DNA of 47,542 nt from Octopus sinensis (GCF_006345805.1 NW_021835812.1:1-47542), one strand, 5' to 3'. Positions 24,770 through 37,171 are shown, numbered from the stretch's first letter. Numbers and translations are program-made. Notes: generated by a model not told the origin, from the letters alone.

Positions 24770-25123
24770 GTGTATGGTGAGGAGTGTATGAGCCGCACAC
24801 AAGTGTATGAGTGGTTCAGATGTTTCCGAGATGGCGGAAAATGTGTCGCTATTGACGAACTTTCTGGGAGACCCGCAACCAGCAAAACTGAGAAAAACTT
24901 CGCAGATATGCGTGCAGCTGTGATGGGGAATCATCGAATCAGTATCTGTGAGTTATCAGAGAATGTGTGGATTAGTTACGGTTCAGTTCAGTCCATTGTC
25001 ACTGAAGATGTGGGTGTGAGATGCATGCCTGCCAAGTTTGTGCCAAAACTGCTTTCAGCTGACCAAAAAGACACTTGGGTTTCAGTTGCACAAAATCTCC
25101 TTCAGTGTGTCGCGAATGATTGA
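24770..25123 (+). pseudogene. Mariner transposase fragment (N-terminal HTH DNA-binding region through the VPKLL linker); no catalytic domain
   Basis: YGEECMSRTQVYEWFRCF...SGRPATS...ISICELSENVWISYGSVQSIVTEDVG...AKFVPKLLS, typical mariner HTH and WVPHEL-like linker. Confidence 0.9.
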
Positions 25124-25235
25124 AATTTTTTGAAAACTTTGCATGGGCCTCTGAGCAGGTATCACCAAGTTTTTGACTAAATTTGATGAAGATTCTCTGC
25201 TCAAATCTCTCTGTCATGTTCAATGAGTCGAACAT
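25122..25235 (-). pseudogene. Second mariner transposase N-terminus on opposite strand
   Basis: MTERFEQRIFIKFSQKLGDTCSEAHAKF resembles the mariner start (EQRxxIKFxxKLG); homologous to GDTC*EVCATLQKVYG on the left side. Confidence 0.75.
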
Positions 25236-25411
25236 ATGCTACATATGTTATTTCGAAGTACTGCTGTAAACAGCGGAAGTGAGCTAGAACATTAAAACTT
25301 AGTGCACATGCACAGCAGAGTTCAAGGTCAGTCTGTGCAAAGCAGCTTCACTCTGCGTGCTTTAGCTTCGTTACTATGGTAACAGTCCGGATAATTATTG
25401 AACGGACCACG

Positions 25412-25472
<61 letters not shown>

Positions 25473-25490
25473 GCACACACACACACACAC

Positions 25491-25545
<55 letters not shown>

Positions 25546-25635
25546 ACCAGAAATTCCGGTTCGGTGTCCGGCGTTTTGGAAGACCAGCGGGAGTAAGACG
25601 CTACTTAGCTTTTGTTCTCTAGGAGAAGAGCACTC

Positions 25636-25636
<1 letters not shown>

Positions 25637-25693
<57 letters not shown>

Positions 25694-25694
25694 C
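25637..25694. repeat. (AAT)n microsatellite
   Basis: Direct inspection. Confidence 0.95.
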
Positions 25695-26029
25695 CAGATA
25701 TGCCTGGGAATGGCTTTGAATATTTTGTGATTATTTTGCTTGCACTTGAGATCAGGGCCCTCCCTCATTCCTGAACCTTCAACTTATATCTCACACCTAC
25801 TTTTCTCTGTATTATGTCAACAGGGTCGAGAGGATCTGTGATGGGCTGTGCAAGCCTTACTGGGCCTAAAATTTTAGGCTGTACCATCGCGGGCGAGGAG
25901 ACTATCCGATGCCAGGTCGAGTTGGAGGGCTCCGCAGTGAGCATGGAAACTGCGGCCGTGAACCCGGATGAAGTCGACTGTTGGCCCGGTAGCCTCATGC
26001 ACGCGCATTGCTGGCATTTTGCATATGAA

Positions 26030-26520
26030 ATGGTCTGTGGTGGTGGTAAGAAGATTTCTTCCCAACAACATTGATCCGGGCTCAGTTCCATTGTGTGGCA
26101 CCTGGATCATCTACTATAGCACTCGACCGATCAAAGCCTTGTTAGTGGATTCAGTAGACAGGAAGGGAACGAAGGCGGTGAGCTGGCAGAAACGTTAGCA
26201 CGCCAGGTGAAATGCTTAGAGGTATTTCGTCTGTCGTTACGTTCTGAGTTCAAATTCCGTGTGTGTGTTTGCGTGTGCTTGCGTGTGTATGTGTTTGTGT
26301 GGGGATGTGTGTCTTTGTGCGTCTTTGTTTGTGTGATTGTCTCCCATCACCGTTTGACAACCGATGTTGGTGTGTTTACGTCAGCGTAACTAGCGCTTTA
26401 GCAAAAGTTTAATACCAGGCTTATAAAAATATGCACTTCCGATTAAAATTCTCCGAGTCGGTGCCTTACGATGGCTACAGCTCAATGATTGAAACGTGAA
26501 AATTACAAGATAAAATATGT
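26030..26520 (+). mobile_element. SINE family A (degenerate) interrupted by a family B 5' half (26172-26258)
   Basis: A head, then aaggcggtgagctggcagaaacgttagc...gagttcaaattcc, then (GT)n and A tail. Confidence 0.7.
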
Positions 26521-26826
26521 GTGTATGCGTATGTATGTGTGTATGCACGCATGTGTGTATGCTCGTGTGTGTGCGTGTGTGTGTGTAGTTATACAGTTAT
26601 TTATTTATTCCAGTATATAGAGCTTGGATGCGAACTTCAAACATTCTTCTTTTGTTAAAATTAAGGATGTTAGCTTGACACGTAATTAACCACGACACCA
26701 GACGTTTCTTGCCTTGGATTAAAATGAAAATAAAAAAATAAACTTATCATGGAGGCAACTTGAGATTAATTCTGTTTCTCTGTTCAATATTGATACGAGA
26801 TCTTTTTTTTTTTTTGATAGGATATC

Positions 26827-26934
26827 AATATGACACTTCTCAGTCAAACCAAAGTAGCAAGGTTGTGAGCATTTATAATGAATATGACACTTCTCAGTCA
26901 AACCAAGGTAGCAAGGTTGTGAACATTTATATTG
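26827..26934. repeat. 54-bp tandem duplication
   Basis: aatatgacacttctcagtcaaacca(a/g)gtagcaaggttgtga at 26827 and 26881. Confidence 0.95.
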
Positions 26935-27554
26935 AAAGAGGGGTCATTTTCTGAAATTAAGTAATCTTTATATCTCTTTTACCAGATGTACTTCGAGGAA
27001 GATGTAGTATAGTTGTTATGTTGGTATAATCGGTTCTTAAAAACTTTGTTTGTTTAACTAATGTAAGACATTACTGCTGTGCGTGACCTGGTCCACCATG
27101 ATATTAATACTAGTTATCCAAGGGGTCTGGATCAGTACTTTCAATATAATCCCCCACTCTTTAATTACCAGACATTTCCACAAAAATAGGAATATTTTAT
27201 AAATTCATTCAACGAGAGCAATAAAACAGTTTCGGTTATTCTTTTTAAAGGACTTCTGTAAGTAAAATATTTCCGTCGCGAATAAACAGGTTTCGACTGA
27301 GCATAAGAGAAAGAGAAGACAAATGTAAGTATTTGGATATTTGATTCTATCGACTGTGCCCGAAATAATAGTCAAATCCTTCCCATATCACAATGTACGA
27401 TCTTCAAAAGGGGAAAATTGGATTCTTTTGTAACACAGCACGACAAAATATACACATAAACGAATATGTATATATTTCTCACTCATTCCTTGACTCTCTC
27501 TGTCTCTCTCTCTATCTCTGTCTCTGTCTTTAAACATATGTACACTCTTAAATG

Positions 27555-27568
27555 TATTTAGTTATATG

Positions 27569-27606
<38 letters not shown>

Positions 27607-27766
27607 GTGTGTGTGTGTACACATGCTTGTGTATATATACGTATATATATGTAGCCACATATATGTATGTAGTGTATATGTGTGTGTGTATATATAATAT
27701 ATATATTATATATCATATATATATAATAATATATTTATATATATATATATATATTATTATATATAT

Positions 27767-27808
<42 letters not shown>

Positions 27809-27857
27809 CGCGCATACTTTATATTGTGTGTGTTGTATGTGTGTGTGTGTGTGTGTC
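27555..27857. repeat. (AT)n/(GT)n compound microsatellite
   Basis: Direct inspection. Confidence 0.9.
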
Positions 27858-29599
27858 ACTTGATGATTGTGGCTGTAGGAACATGTAGACATTCAAAGAA
27901 TACACCCAAGAAGTGCAAATCGAAAAAACAAGACATACTTGGTGAGGAAAGGAACGCAATGCAGTCAAGGTTAATTTCGTTTTCGGCAGAAAGATTTAAC
28001 GCTACACGACAATTGGGTGCTTATACTATATATATATATATAAGAAGTAGAGAGAGAGAGAGAGAGAGCGAAGGAGAGAGAGGCAGAATGGAAAGATGCA
28101 AGCCGACAGGCAGATGACACTTTTGAGAACATTCTTGAGAAGCTAACGGAAGAGCAGAGAATAAATTAAAACTTTCCAAATGACAGGAATGAAAGATCAG
28201 GGGCGAAAAGTTTTGGAAATATTTTCACCAGAAAATATGTAACCGTCACAGTTGTGTCATCGCATGCGCACAAAAGTATACAAACACATGAAGAATATAT
28301 ATACAGAAATGCCCACCCCCTAGTAGGTGTGTGTGTGTATTCGTAAGTTTATTCGTTCCTCAGCATTACATATATATACACATATGCACATATGTATATA
28401 TATATACAATATATTTATACAGGTATGTGTGTATACACAAACACATGCAGAGACATATAAATGTATGTATGTATGTATGTATGTAGTGTGTATATATGTG
28501 TGTATGTGTAATATATATATATGTATATAAATACATATATATATATATATAATATATATATAATATATTATGTATATATGTATGTATGTAAGTATAAGTA
28601 TATATGTACACACATACACACACATATACTTGCATGTTTATTAGATTACTTTAGCCCTTCTTGGAATTATTGTAAGGAACTGGCAGAAACGTTAGAGCGC
28701 TAGAATATCCTGCGGTATTCGTTCCACTTATCTGCATCCTCAGTTCATCCTAGGCTTTCATCTTCTCGAGTTCTACAACCAATCCATTACTCGAATTGAT
28801 TCTTCGATCTTTAAGAATTTTACACAAAATTCAAAGATTACTCTTGTCAAGTGGGATCTTGATAATCTGACTGAAAATTGCGCAGGACACGAGGTTCAGT
28901 TAAACATAACTGTTTGCACCATTAATTTTAGCATTTTTACGGTCTTCTCTCCTATAATCGAAGACCTGTTGCCGTGGTTCCATGGTGCATAAGTGACTCA
29001 GTTTACAGTTCGTAGCAGGGTGACACACTGAAAGCTGGGTGGACGTAATCAAGTGTTTTTCTCTAGAATACAACGTACTGTCCTGTCCGGGATTCGAAAC
29101 CGAGATTTTGTGATCGTGCGTGGACCATTCTAGCTACCTGTAGGAATTCTCTAAGCCCATCCTCGAGAACGTTTATCAGCCCAATATTTGGGAATGTTGT
29201 GATAAGTTTCATTGCTTTTTCAAGACACATGACGATGATTTTGTCGGTGAAGAGATGAACAGCTTGTAGTTGTTTATAGAGAACTCAAACCAGTCTTGAA
29301 ATGAAGCGGTCAGAGAGATCCTTTTGACTAGAATTTAACTGACATTCATTCAGATATGTCCCGGATGGCATAATTTGAATGGAAGATATTGCTGAGGTTC
29401 GAAGGTACACAGTAAATGACCATCTCTTTTTGCTTGTTGACATGCTTTGTTAAGAAGTCCGAAAATGGGATTTTGTGTATGGTTAGATTCCATAGCGGAT
29501 TGTCTATTATCTTCTACTTGTTCAGGCATTCGCATGCAGCCATGCCGGAGCACTGCACTGAAGAATCTTATTTGAACGAATCTACCCCAGTATTTATGT

Positions 29600-29870
29600 T
29601 ATATGTTTGGTACTTATTCTGTCAGTTCCTTATGCCGAACCGCTAAGGTATGGGGGCGTAAACATATCAAGACCAGTTGTGAAGAGGTGGTGAAGGACAC
29701 CCACACCCCCCCACACACACCACGTGCTTTCAGCTTCCGTCTCTCAAATCCACTAACAAGGCTTTGGTCGGCTCATGGCTGTAGTAGAAGACATTTTCCC
29801 AAGGTGCAATCCCGATGGATTGAACTCGGAACCATGTGGTTTAGAAACAAACTTCTTGCCACATAGCTAT
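29600..29870 (-). mobile_element. SINE family A, degenerate
   Basis: ccgaaccgctaag...aatccactaacaaggctttggtcgg...gaaccatgtgg. Confidence 0.75.
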
Positions 29871-30065
29871 GTCTGCCTTCTTGTACATATTTGATGAAAG
29901 AGTTTCCATAATTTAATCTAATTTCGACTTATATTCCATTTTATTTCCAAATGTCGTCTTTTAAGGTAATTGACACCAATAACATATTTTGATAAAAAAA
30001 CAAAACGTAAATTCTTTTTCTTTTATCCACGATAAAGAAGCTCTCAAAGTATTTTCCTTGTTTTG

Positions 30066-30102
<37 letters not shown>

Positions 30103-30151
30103 ATATATATATATATACAAACACACACAACACATGTATATATATATATAT

Positions 30152-30525
30152 AATTGTTAAAGACGTTTGTTGGTACTCTTTAACAATTGTATATCCGCTA
30201 TGTCGGAAATCTACAATGGTTCCATAGCTACCATCTCGGCTATAACCTTGAAGCCCCTTGTAATCTCTTACAGCATTTACCTAGCGTACCTAATCGTTTA
30301 GATCACCTGTGAATTAAACCCCTATAATTTGTATATATATATATATACAATTCTTAAAGACGTTTGTTGGTACTCTTTAACAATTATATATCCGCTATGT
30401 CGGAAATCTACAATGGTTCCATAACTCTCGTCTCTGGTATGACCTTGGAGCCCTAGTAATATTTTAAACCACTTATCCAGCGTACCTAGTCATTTAGATT
30501 ACCTTTGAACTAAATCCCCATATTT

Positions 30526-30527
<2 letters not shown>
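30152..30527. repeat. Two about 180-bp tandem units (period 197) separated and flanked by (AT)n
   Basis: ttaaagacgtttgttggtactctttaacaatt..tatccgctatgtcggaaatctacaatggttccata starts near 30152 and 30349. Confidence 0.9.
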
Positions 30528-30617
<90 letters not shown>

Positions 30618-30625
30618 CATATATA
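30527..30625. repeat. Long pure (AT)n microsatellite
   Basis: Direct inspection. Confidence 0.95.
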
Positions 30626-31835
30626 TACACCACGCGCGCATCCACAACAACAACAACATACACACATCCAAGTGAATTCTAATGGTTGACATTTTATAGA
30701 AGAAGGACTGGGTCTGAGGTCAATGAAGGTTTGTGTTCGGCGAGATGATGTGAGCGAGAAGATACACGACAATCGGACGAAATCCGGTAAGGTGGAAGGA
30801 AAGCAGACAAAACCGAGGCGGATGGGGATGCCACTGTATAAGCAGTACAGAAGAGTGTGAAGAGAAATTTATCTGTGGAGCAGAGACTGGAGCATGTTGC
30901 TAAGTGATGTCATACAAAGCAGTCTAGCTGCATGTTTGTCACTTGTATGTTATTAGTATGTCACACGTTGAACTATACAGACAGAAACATTAATGAATTA
31001 ATGGGTAATTTTCTATGTGTCTTTTGTGATATGAAATGACATGGAACTATTTTCAGTGAGTCGACATTTTGCACAGTGTCTCTATTCACGTTTGCTGTGA
31101 TTTAAAGTATGTCTTCTTTGGTGATGACATTATTGCCAGAACACAGATGCAAAGATATATTGTTTTTTAAAACGGGAATGTAGCTTTGACGATTGCAGTG
31201 ATCTTATCAACATGTTAAGAGGAACAACATAGATAAAATTGAAATACCATAAATACACGACATAATAAAGCCACCGAAACAAATATACAAATATATATAT
31301 ATATATGTTACATAGACAGGTATGAAATATTTCTGTTATGGCTTCTACTCCGATATCGTGATAACAATATTATTTTCGTCTCCACCTACTTATGAAAGGA
31401 ATCTAAAATTTCTGTCACATTTTCACTGATGCTTTGCTATTTGGTTTCACCAACGATATTTTCTACACACAAGGAAGGAGTGAAAGCAGTCAATGTTTGT
31501 GGAAAAATCAGTGTAATATACAACACTTTCGTCTCAAACTACATTCTCTAACCGTTATTAATCATTGATAAAGCAATTAAAACAATTATTTACATGCCGC
31601 AATTTCATTGCACAATAAAATAGTTAATGAAAATGTTTCGTCACCTATATTAATTTGTCAAATTAATAAAATATTTGTTATTAAAATAATTTTTAAAAAT
31701 CTTCTATCTTCTGCTTGTTTTAATCATTGGAATACGACCATGCTGATGCACCGACTTCAATGGTTTAGCTGAAAAAATTGACCGTAGTATTTATTTTAAA
31801 GTCTAGCATTATCATAAAATATATTTATTTTTTTT

Positions 31836-32060
31836 ATTGCCCACAGGGGGCTAAACATAGAGGGGACAAACAAGGACAGACAAAAGGATTAAGTCGATTG
31901 TATCGACCCCAGTGCGTAACTGGTACGTATTTAATCGACCCCGGAACGATGAAAGGCAAAGTTGACTTCGGCGGAATTTGAACTGAGAACGTAACGGCAG
32001 ACGAAATACCAATAAGCATTTCGGCTCGGCGTGCTAACGATTCTGCCAGATCGTCGCCCT
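31836..32060 (-). mobile_element. SINE family B, full length
   Basis: gcccacagggggctaaac...cgatgaaaggcaaagttgac...gctaacgattctgccagatcgtcgcc. Confidence 0.9.
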
Positions 32061-32099
32061 GTTATTACAATATGATATATTTCATGAACAAAGCTATAG

Positions 32100-32146
<47 letters not shown>

Positions 32147-32447
32147 TATATATTCATATATGTGTGTGTGTGTGTATGTGTGTGTGTATGTGTGTGTGTA
32201 TGCATGTGCGCGCGTATGTGCGCGTGTGTGTGTGTGTGTTTGTGTACATGCATATGTAAATGTATGTGTGAGTGTTTGTTGTAGGTAAGTGCAAAGAAAA
32301 GAGATTACTCTCACCGTCTCTTTTGCTGAACAGTTACATTACGGGAACGTAAACAAACCAATAGCGAATGTCAAGCAGTTGGTGGGTGCATAAAGGCACA
32401 CACGCACACACACACACACCACACACACACGTGTCTGTGTATGTATA

Positions 32448-32580
32448 CACAACGGGCTTCCGTGCGGTTTCCATCTGCGACATTCATTCAAAAGCATTGG
32501 TCGGTCGGAGTGAAGCAGATGAAACTTGCCCAATCCACTGCACAGTGGGTTTCGTATACGCCATAGCACTATCAAATTGT
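32448..32580 (-). mobile_element. Degenerate SINE family A fragment
   Basis: caacgggcttccgtgcggtttcc...aacttgcccaa...actgcacagtggg. Confidence 0.55.
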
Positions 32581-32596
32581 CGGTGAAAATGCATCG

Positions 32597-32968
32597 AGGC
32601 GCAGGAGTGGCTGTGTGGTAAGTAGCTTGCTTACCAACCACATGGTTCCGGGTTCAGTCCCACTGCGTGGCACCTTGGGCAAGTGTCTTCTACTATAGCC
32701 TCGGGCCGACCAAAGCCTTGTGAGTGGATTTGGTAGACGGAAACTGAAAGAAGCCCGTCGTATATATGTATATATATATATAATATATATATGTATATAT
32801 ATATATATGTGTGTGTGTGTGTGCGGGTATGTTTGTGTGTCTGTGTTTGTCCCCCTAGCATTGCTTGACAACCGATACTGGTGTGTTTATGTCCCCGTCA
32901 CTTAGCGGTTCGGCAAAAGGGACCGATAGAATAAGTACTGGGCTGAGTAAAAGAGTAAAGAGTAAGAG
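32597..32968 (+). mobile_element. SINE family A, young copy with internally deleted tail
   Basis: aggcgcaggagtggctgtgtggtaagtagcttgcttaccaaccacatggttccgggttcagtccc...gaataagtactgggct, then (GAGTAAA)-like repeats. Confidence 0.9.
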
Positions 32969-33375
32969 AGACCATTATGGTACTTTTGATTTTCCAATTA
33001 AATATTTGCATTAATGATAAATATTTTTACCGAGATTATGAATATATTTTAAGTAAGGGTGGGATCTGTTGCGTCGGCGTTTTTAGGTGATTTTCTTTTT
33101 ATTACTTGAGGCTCCTACTGTGTTCAGCTACTGGATTGCGGCCATGCTACAGTATTTCATTTAAGAATCCATTGTACCAATCTTGGTATATTTATAACTA
33201 GTTACATCGACCTCTTAAGAGGAGAAAAAAGTTGATATGGGCATAAAAAACATAGTCAGGGTTGAATGGAACACCACAAGGTATATCTATTATAGAAGAT
33301 ATTTAAATACGCGTGCGCCTGTGTGTATGTATGTATGTGTGTATAAGTGTTTGTGTACAATTATGTAAATGTGTA

Positions 33376-33430
<55 letters not shown>

Positions 33431-33874
33431 TTGCTGTGTGTATGCACAGAAAAAAGAATTTAAGAGAAAATGGAATAGCTGGAAAGAAGACAAACAGTAC
33501 CGCTGCACTGTTAAAAGGCGACCATGTTGGAAAGAGATCAGGAAGCGAGTTGTAAACGAAATAGGTTTTCGGGTTGGGAGAGCGGAGTTAAGGGAGATAA
33601 TGGGGATGCGGATCTGTGTGTATCATTTAAGATTTTTTTTGTGTGTGTGTGTGTGTATGTATTGCTTGTATATTAGTGCATTGTGAGTGCTTGTGCGTTA
33701 TGTATGAATGTGCGTGTGTTAAGAGCATTATCCTGGCTGTGCGTGCGTCTATTGCCTGGGATAGATTTGCGTGAAAGGACAAAATAAAATGGGATGAGAA
33801 TGTATGTTGTAATATATTTGTGGGTGTCTGAGTGCATTTAAAGATTTACCACATGTGCCAGTGTTCTTTTACGT

Positions 33875-34080
33875 TTATTCTCTTACTAGTTTCAGTCATA
33901 TGACTGCGGCCATACTGGATCACAGCGTTAAAGGTTTTAGTCGAAGAAATCGACCCCAGGACTTATTCTTTGTAAGTCTAGTCCTTATCCTATTGGGATG
34001 TAAACTCACCAGCATCCGTTGTCAAGCGATGGCGGGGAGACAAACACAGACACAGATACATAAACATACACAGACACAGA
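33875..34080 (-). mobile_element. SINE family A, 3' half
   Basis: gtttcagtcatatgactgcggccat...cgaccccaggacttattctttgtaag...ttgtcaagcgatg. Confidence 0.8.
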
Positions 34081-34406
34081 CAGACCCTCCCACACACATA
34101 CTCACACACACACGTATATACACACACATACATACATAAAATTAAATAATGAGAGTGATAAATTGAATATTAATTTAATTAACATCAATTTAAAACCAAT
34201 AGCATAGCATATAGAAAAATCTGAAAATTCAGAAAAATTGTAATACATGCGTATAATAAGGGATGACCACTAAGTGGACATCCAATATGCTAGAAGAAGA
34301 TCATCTACGATCTAACCACAAAGAAAAGAATATTATCTAGAGAAGTTCAGCAAACACCAGAACATAAGCGGGTAAGACAGATGAAAATATACAAAATACA
34401 GAATTA

Positions 34407-34475
34407 ATCGTAGACTGATTTCGTCATTAACGATTTTACTTACGTAATCTTCGTCCGTGGACTCTTCAGTACGAT
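34407..34475 (-). ncRNA. Putative type I minimal hammerhead ribozyme
   Basis: Minus strand ATCGTA-CTGAAGA-GTC[34 nt]GAC-GAAA-TCA-GTC^TACGAT: intact CUGANGA, GAAA and GUC, perfect 6-bp stem I. Confidence 0.65.
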
Positions 34476-34822
34476 CGTTCTAATTCAATATAATTTATAG
34501 AGCCATACACGAGTTGTCCTCATCAAATTAGATGTGTGTATAGTTCTACCGATTACATTGGGGTTATTTTCAAATGTCTAAGTTCTGGCGCGCCAAGTCC
34601 CGGAAGGGTTCCGCAGTAGATAATTCATTGCAGTTAATGTCGCCGGTTAGGGAACATAATTATTTAAAATTTAAATAATGAGGGTGATAAATTTCCGGGA
34701 TTTGGCGCGCCAGAACTGAGACATTTGAAAATAATCCCAATGTAATCGGTAGAACTATACACATGTCTAATTTTATGAGGATAACTCGTGTATAGCTCTA
34801 TAAATTATATTGAATTGGAACG

Positions 34823-34891
34823 ATCGTACTGAAGAGTCCACGGACGAAGATTACGTAAGTAAAATCGTTAATGACGAAATCAGTCTATGAT
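34823..34891 (+). ncRNA. Putative type I minimal hammerhead ribozyme
   Basis: ATCGTA-CTGAAGA-GTC[34 nt]GAC-GAAA-TCA-GTC^TATGAT; stem I retained with one G-U wobble. Confidence 0.65.
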
Positions 34892-35020
34892 TAATTCTGT
34901 ATTTTGTATATTTTCATCTGTCTTACCCGTTTATGTTCTGGTGTTTGATGATTTTCTCTAGACAATATTCTTTTCTTTGTGTATTATACGTGTATATATA
35001 TATATATATATATATATGTA

Positions 35021-35170
35021 CGACGGGCTTCTTTCAGTTTCCGTCTACCAAATATACTCACAAGGCTTTGGTTGGCCCGAGGCTATAGTAGAAGACACTT
35101 GCTGAAGGTGCCATGCAGTGGGATTGAACCCACAACTATGTGGCTGGGGAGCAAGCTTCTTACCACACAC
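35021..35170 (-). mobile_element. SINE family A, 5' half
   Basis: cgacgggcttctttcagtttccgtctacc...gcaagcttcttaccacac. Confidence 0.85.
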
Positions 35171-35454
35171 TGTGTATGTATTGAAGAAGATGGATACATA
35201 ATTGCTAGATAGGAAAAGAACAAAACAAAAAACAATGTAGTTGGTGGGGGTGGGAGGTGCACCACGGAATCGAAGTAGAAGGTACTTCAACATGACAGTT
35301 CGGCAAGTTGGACCGAGCTAGAGCGTATTGTGGTCATACACACGAAGTTTCGAAGGCGGAGGTGGTGCGGAGAGACGGTTGCAGTGAAGGTATTGGGCGA
35401 CGGGTGGCCCAGTCGGTGTCGAGAGCTGAATGGAAGGAAAATGGGGAAATTTAT

Positions 35455-36778
35455 GCATACATACATACACACATACATACATACATACATACATACATAC
35501 ATACATACATACATACAACTACACACACACATACATACATACCTATAACATACATACATACAGTACATACGTACAACATACATACATACATACCTACATA
35601 CATAATACTACATACATCCGTACGTACGTGCATGCATACATACACACATACACACAATACATAACATACCTACATACATCTACAGACATACATACATACA
35701 TACATACATACACACACATACATACATACATACATACATACATACATACACACACATACATACATACATACATACTTACATACATACTTACATACATACA
35801 TGCATACATACATACATATAGAATACATACATACATACATACATCATACATACACTACATACCACATACCATACATACATACATACATACATACATACAT
35901 ACTTACATACATACATGCATACATACATACACACATACATACATGCATCATAATAACTACATACATACATACCTAAATACATACATCAGACATGCATACA
36001 GACATACATACATCACACATACATACCTACATACATACATACGTACATACATACATGCATATACATACATACACACATACATAGGCATACATACATACAT
36101 ACATACACACACACACATAAAATACATACATACATACACACCACATACATACATACATACATACGTACATACATACAATACATACATACATGCATACATA
36201 CATACATACATGCATACATACATACATACACACACACATACATACATACATACATACATACTTACATACATACATGCATACATACATACATACACACATA
36301 CATACATGCATACATACATAACTACATACATACATACATAAATACATACATACATACATGCATACATACATACATACAAACATACATACATACATACATA
36401 CATACATACTTACATACATACATGCATACATACATACACACATACATACATGCATACATACATACATACATGCATACATACATACATACATACACACATA
36501 CATACATACATACATACATACATACATGCATACATACATACATACATGCATACATACATACATACACACATACATACATACATACATACATACATACATA
36601 CATACATACAACCATACATACATACATACACACATACATACATTCATACATACATACATACATACATACTTACATACACACACACATACATACATACATA
36701 CATCACACATCACACATACATACATGCATACATACATACACACACCATACATACATGCATACATACATACATACATAC

Positions 36779-36809
<31 letters not shown>

Positions 36810-36879
36810 CATACTTGCATACATACACACATACGTACATGCATACATACACACATACATACATGCATACATGCATACA

Positions 36880-36911
<32 letters not shown>

Positions 36912-37171
36912 CATACATACACACATACATACATACATACATACATACATACATACATACAATACATACGTACATACACACATACACACATACATACATG
37001 CATACATACACACATACATACATGCATACATACATACATACATACATACATACATACATACTTGCATACATACACACATACATACATGCATACATACACA
37101 CATACATACATGCATACATACATACATACATGCATACATACATACATACATACATACATACATACATACAT
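35455..37171. repeat. About 1.7-kb degenerate (TACA)n tetranucleotide array
   Basis: Direct inspection; source of the HTYI/MYVC pseudo-ORFs. Confidence 0.95.

Larger units (their letters stand above)
24517..25411. mobile_element. Non-autonomous mariner (Tc1/mariner) element built from two 5' ends; TA dinucleotides on both flanks
   Basis: TA-CGAGTTCTGATGAATAAATATCCGGACTG versus reverse complement TA-CGTGGTCCGTTCAATAATTATCCGGACTG; arm homology runs on into the transposase N-terminus. Confidence 0.85.
34317..34981. repeat. 665-bp inverted repeat (289-bp arms 34317-34605 and 34693-34981, 87-bp spacer), each arm with a type I hammerhead-like ribozyme
   Basis: Arms about 95% identical by eye (about 15 differences, mostly transitions). 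Confidence 0.95.

Noticed and set aside
24770-25123. Functional or domesticated transposase gene
   Set aside because: Lacks the native start and the catalytic domain, has an upstream in-frame stop, and still lies between TIRs
30700-30786. Possible short exon (AG...GTAAG, EGLGLRSMKVCVRRDDVSEKIHDNRTKS)
   Set aside because: No homology recognised, weak polypyrimidine tract, no partner exons; could be LINE debris
15204-34981. Large palindromes as assembly fold-back artefacts
   Set aside because: Arms differ by substitutions (about 2% and 5%, mostly transitions) rather than being identical; not fully excluded without raw reads
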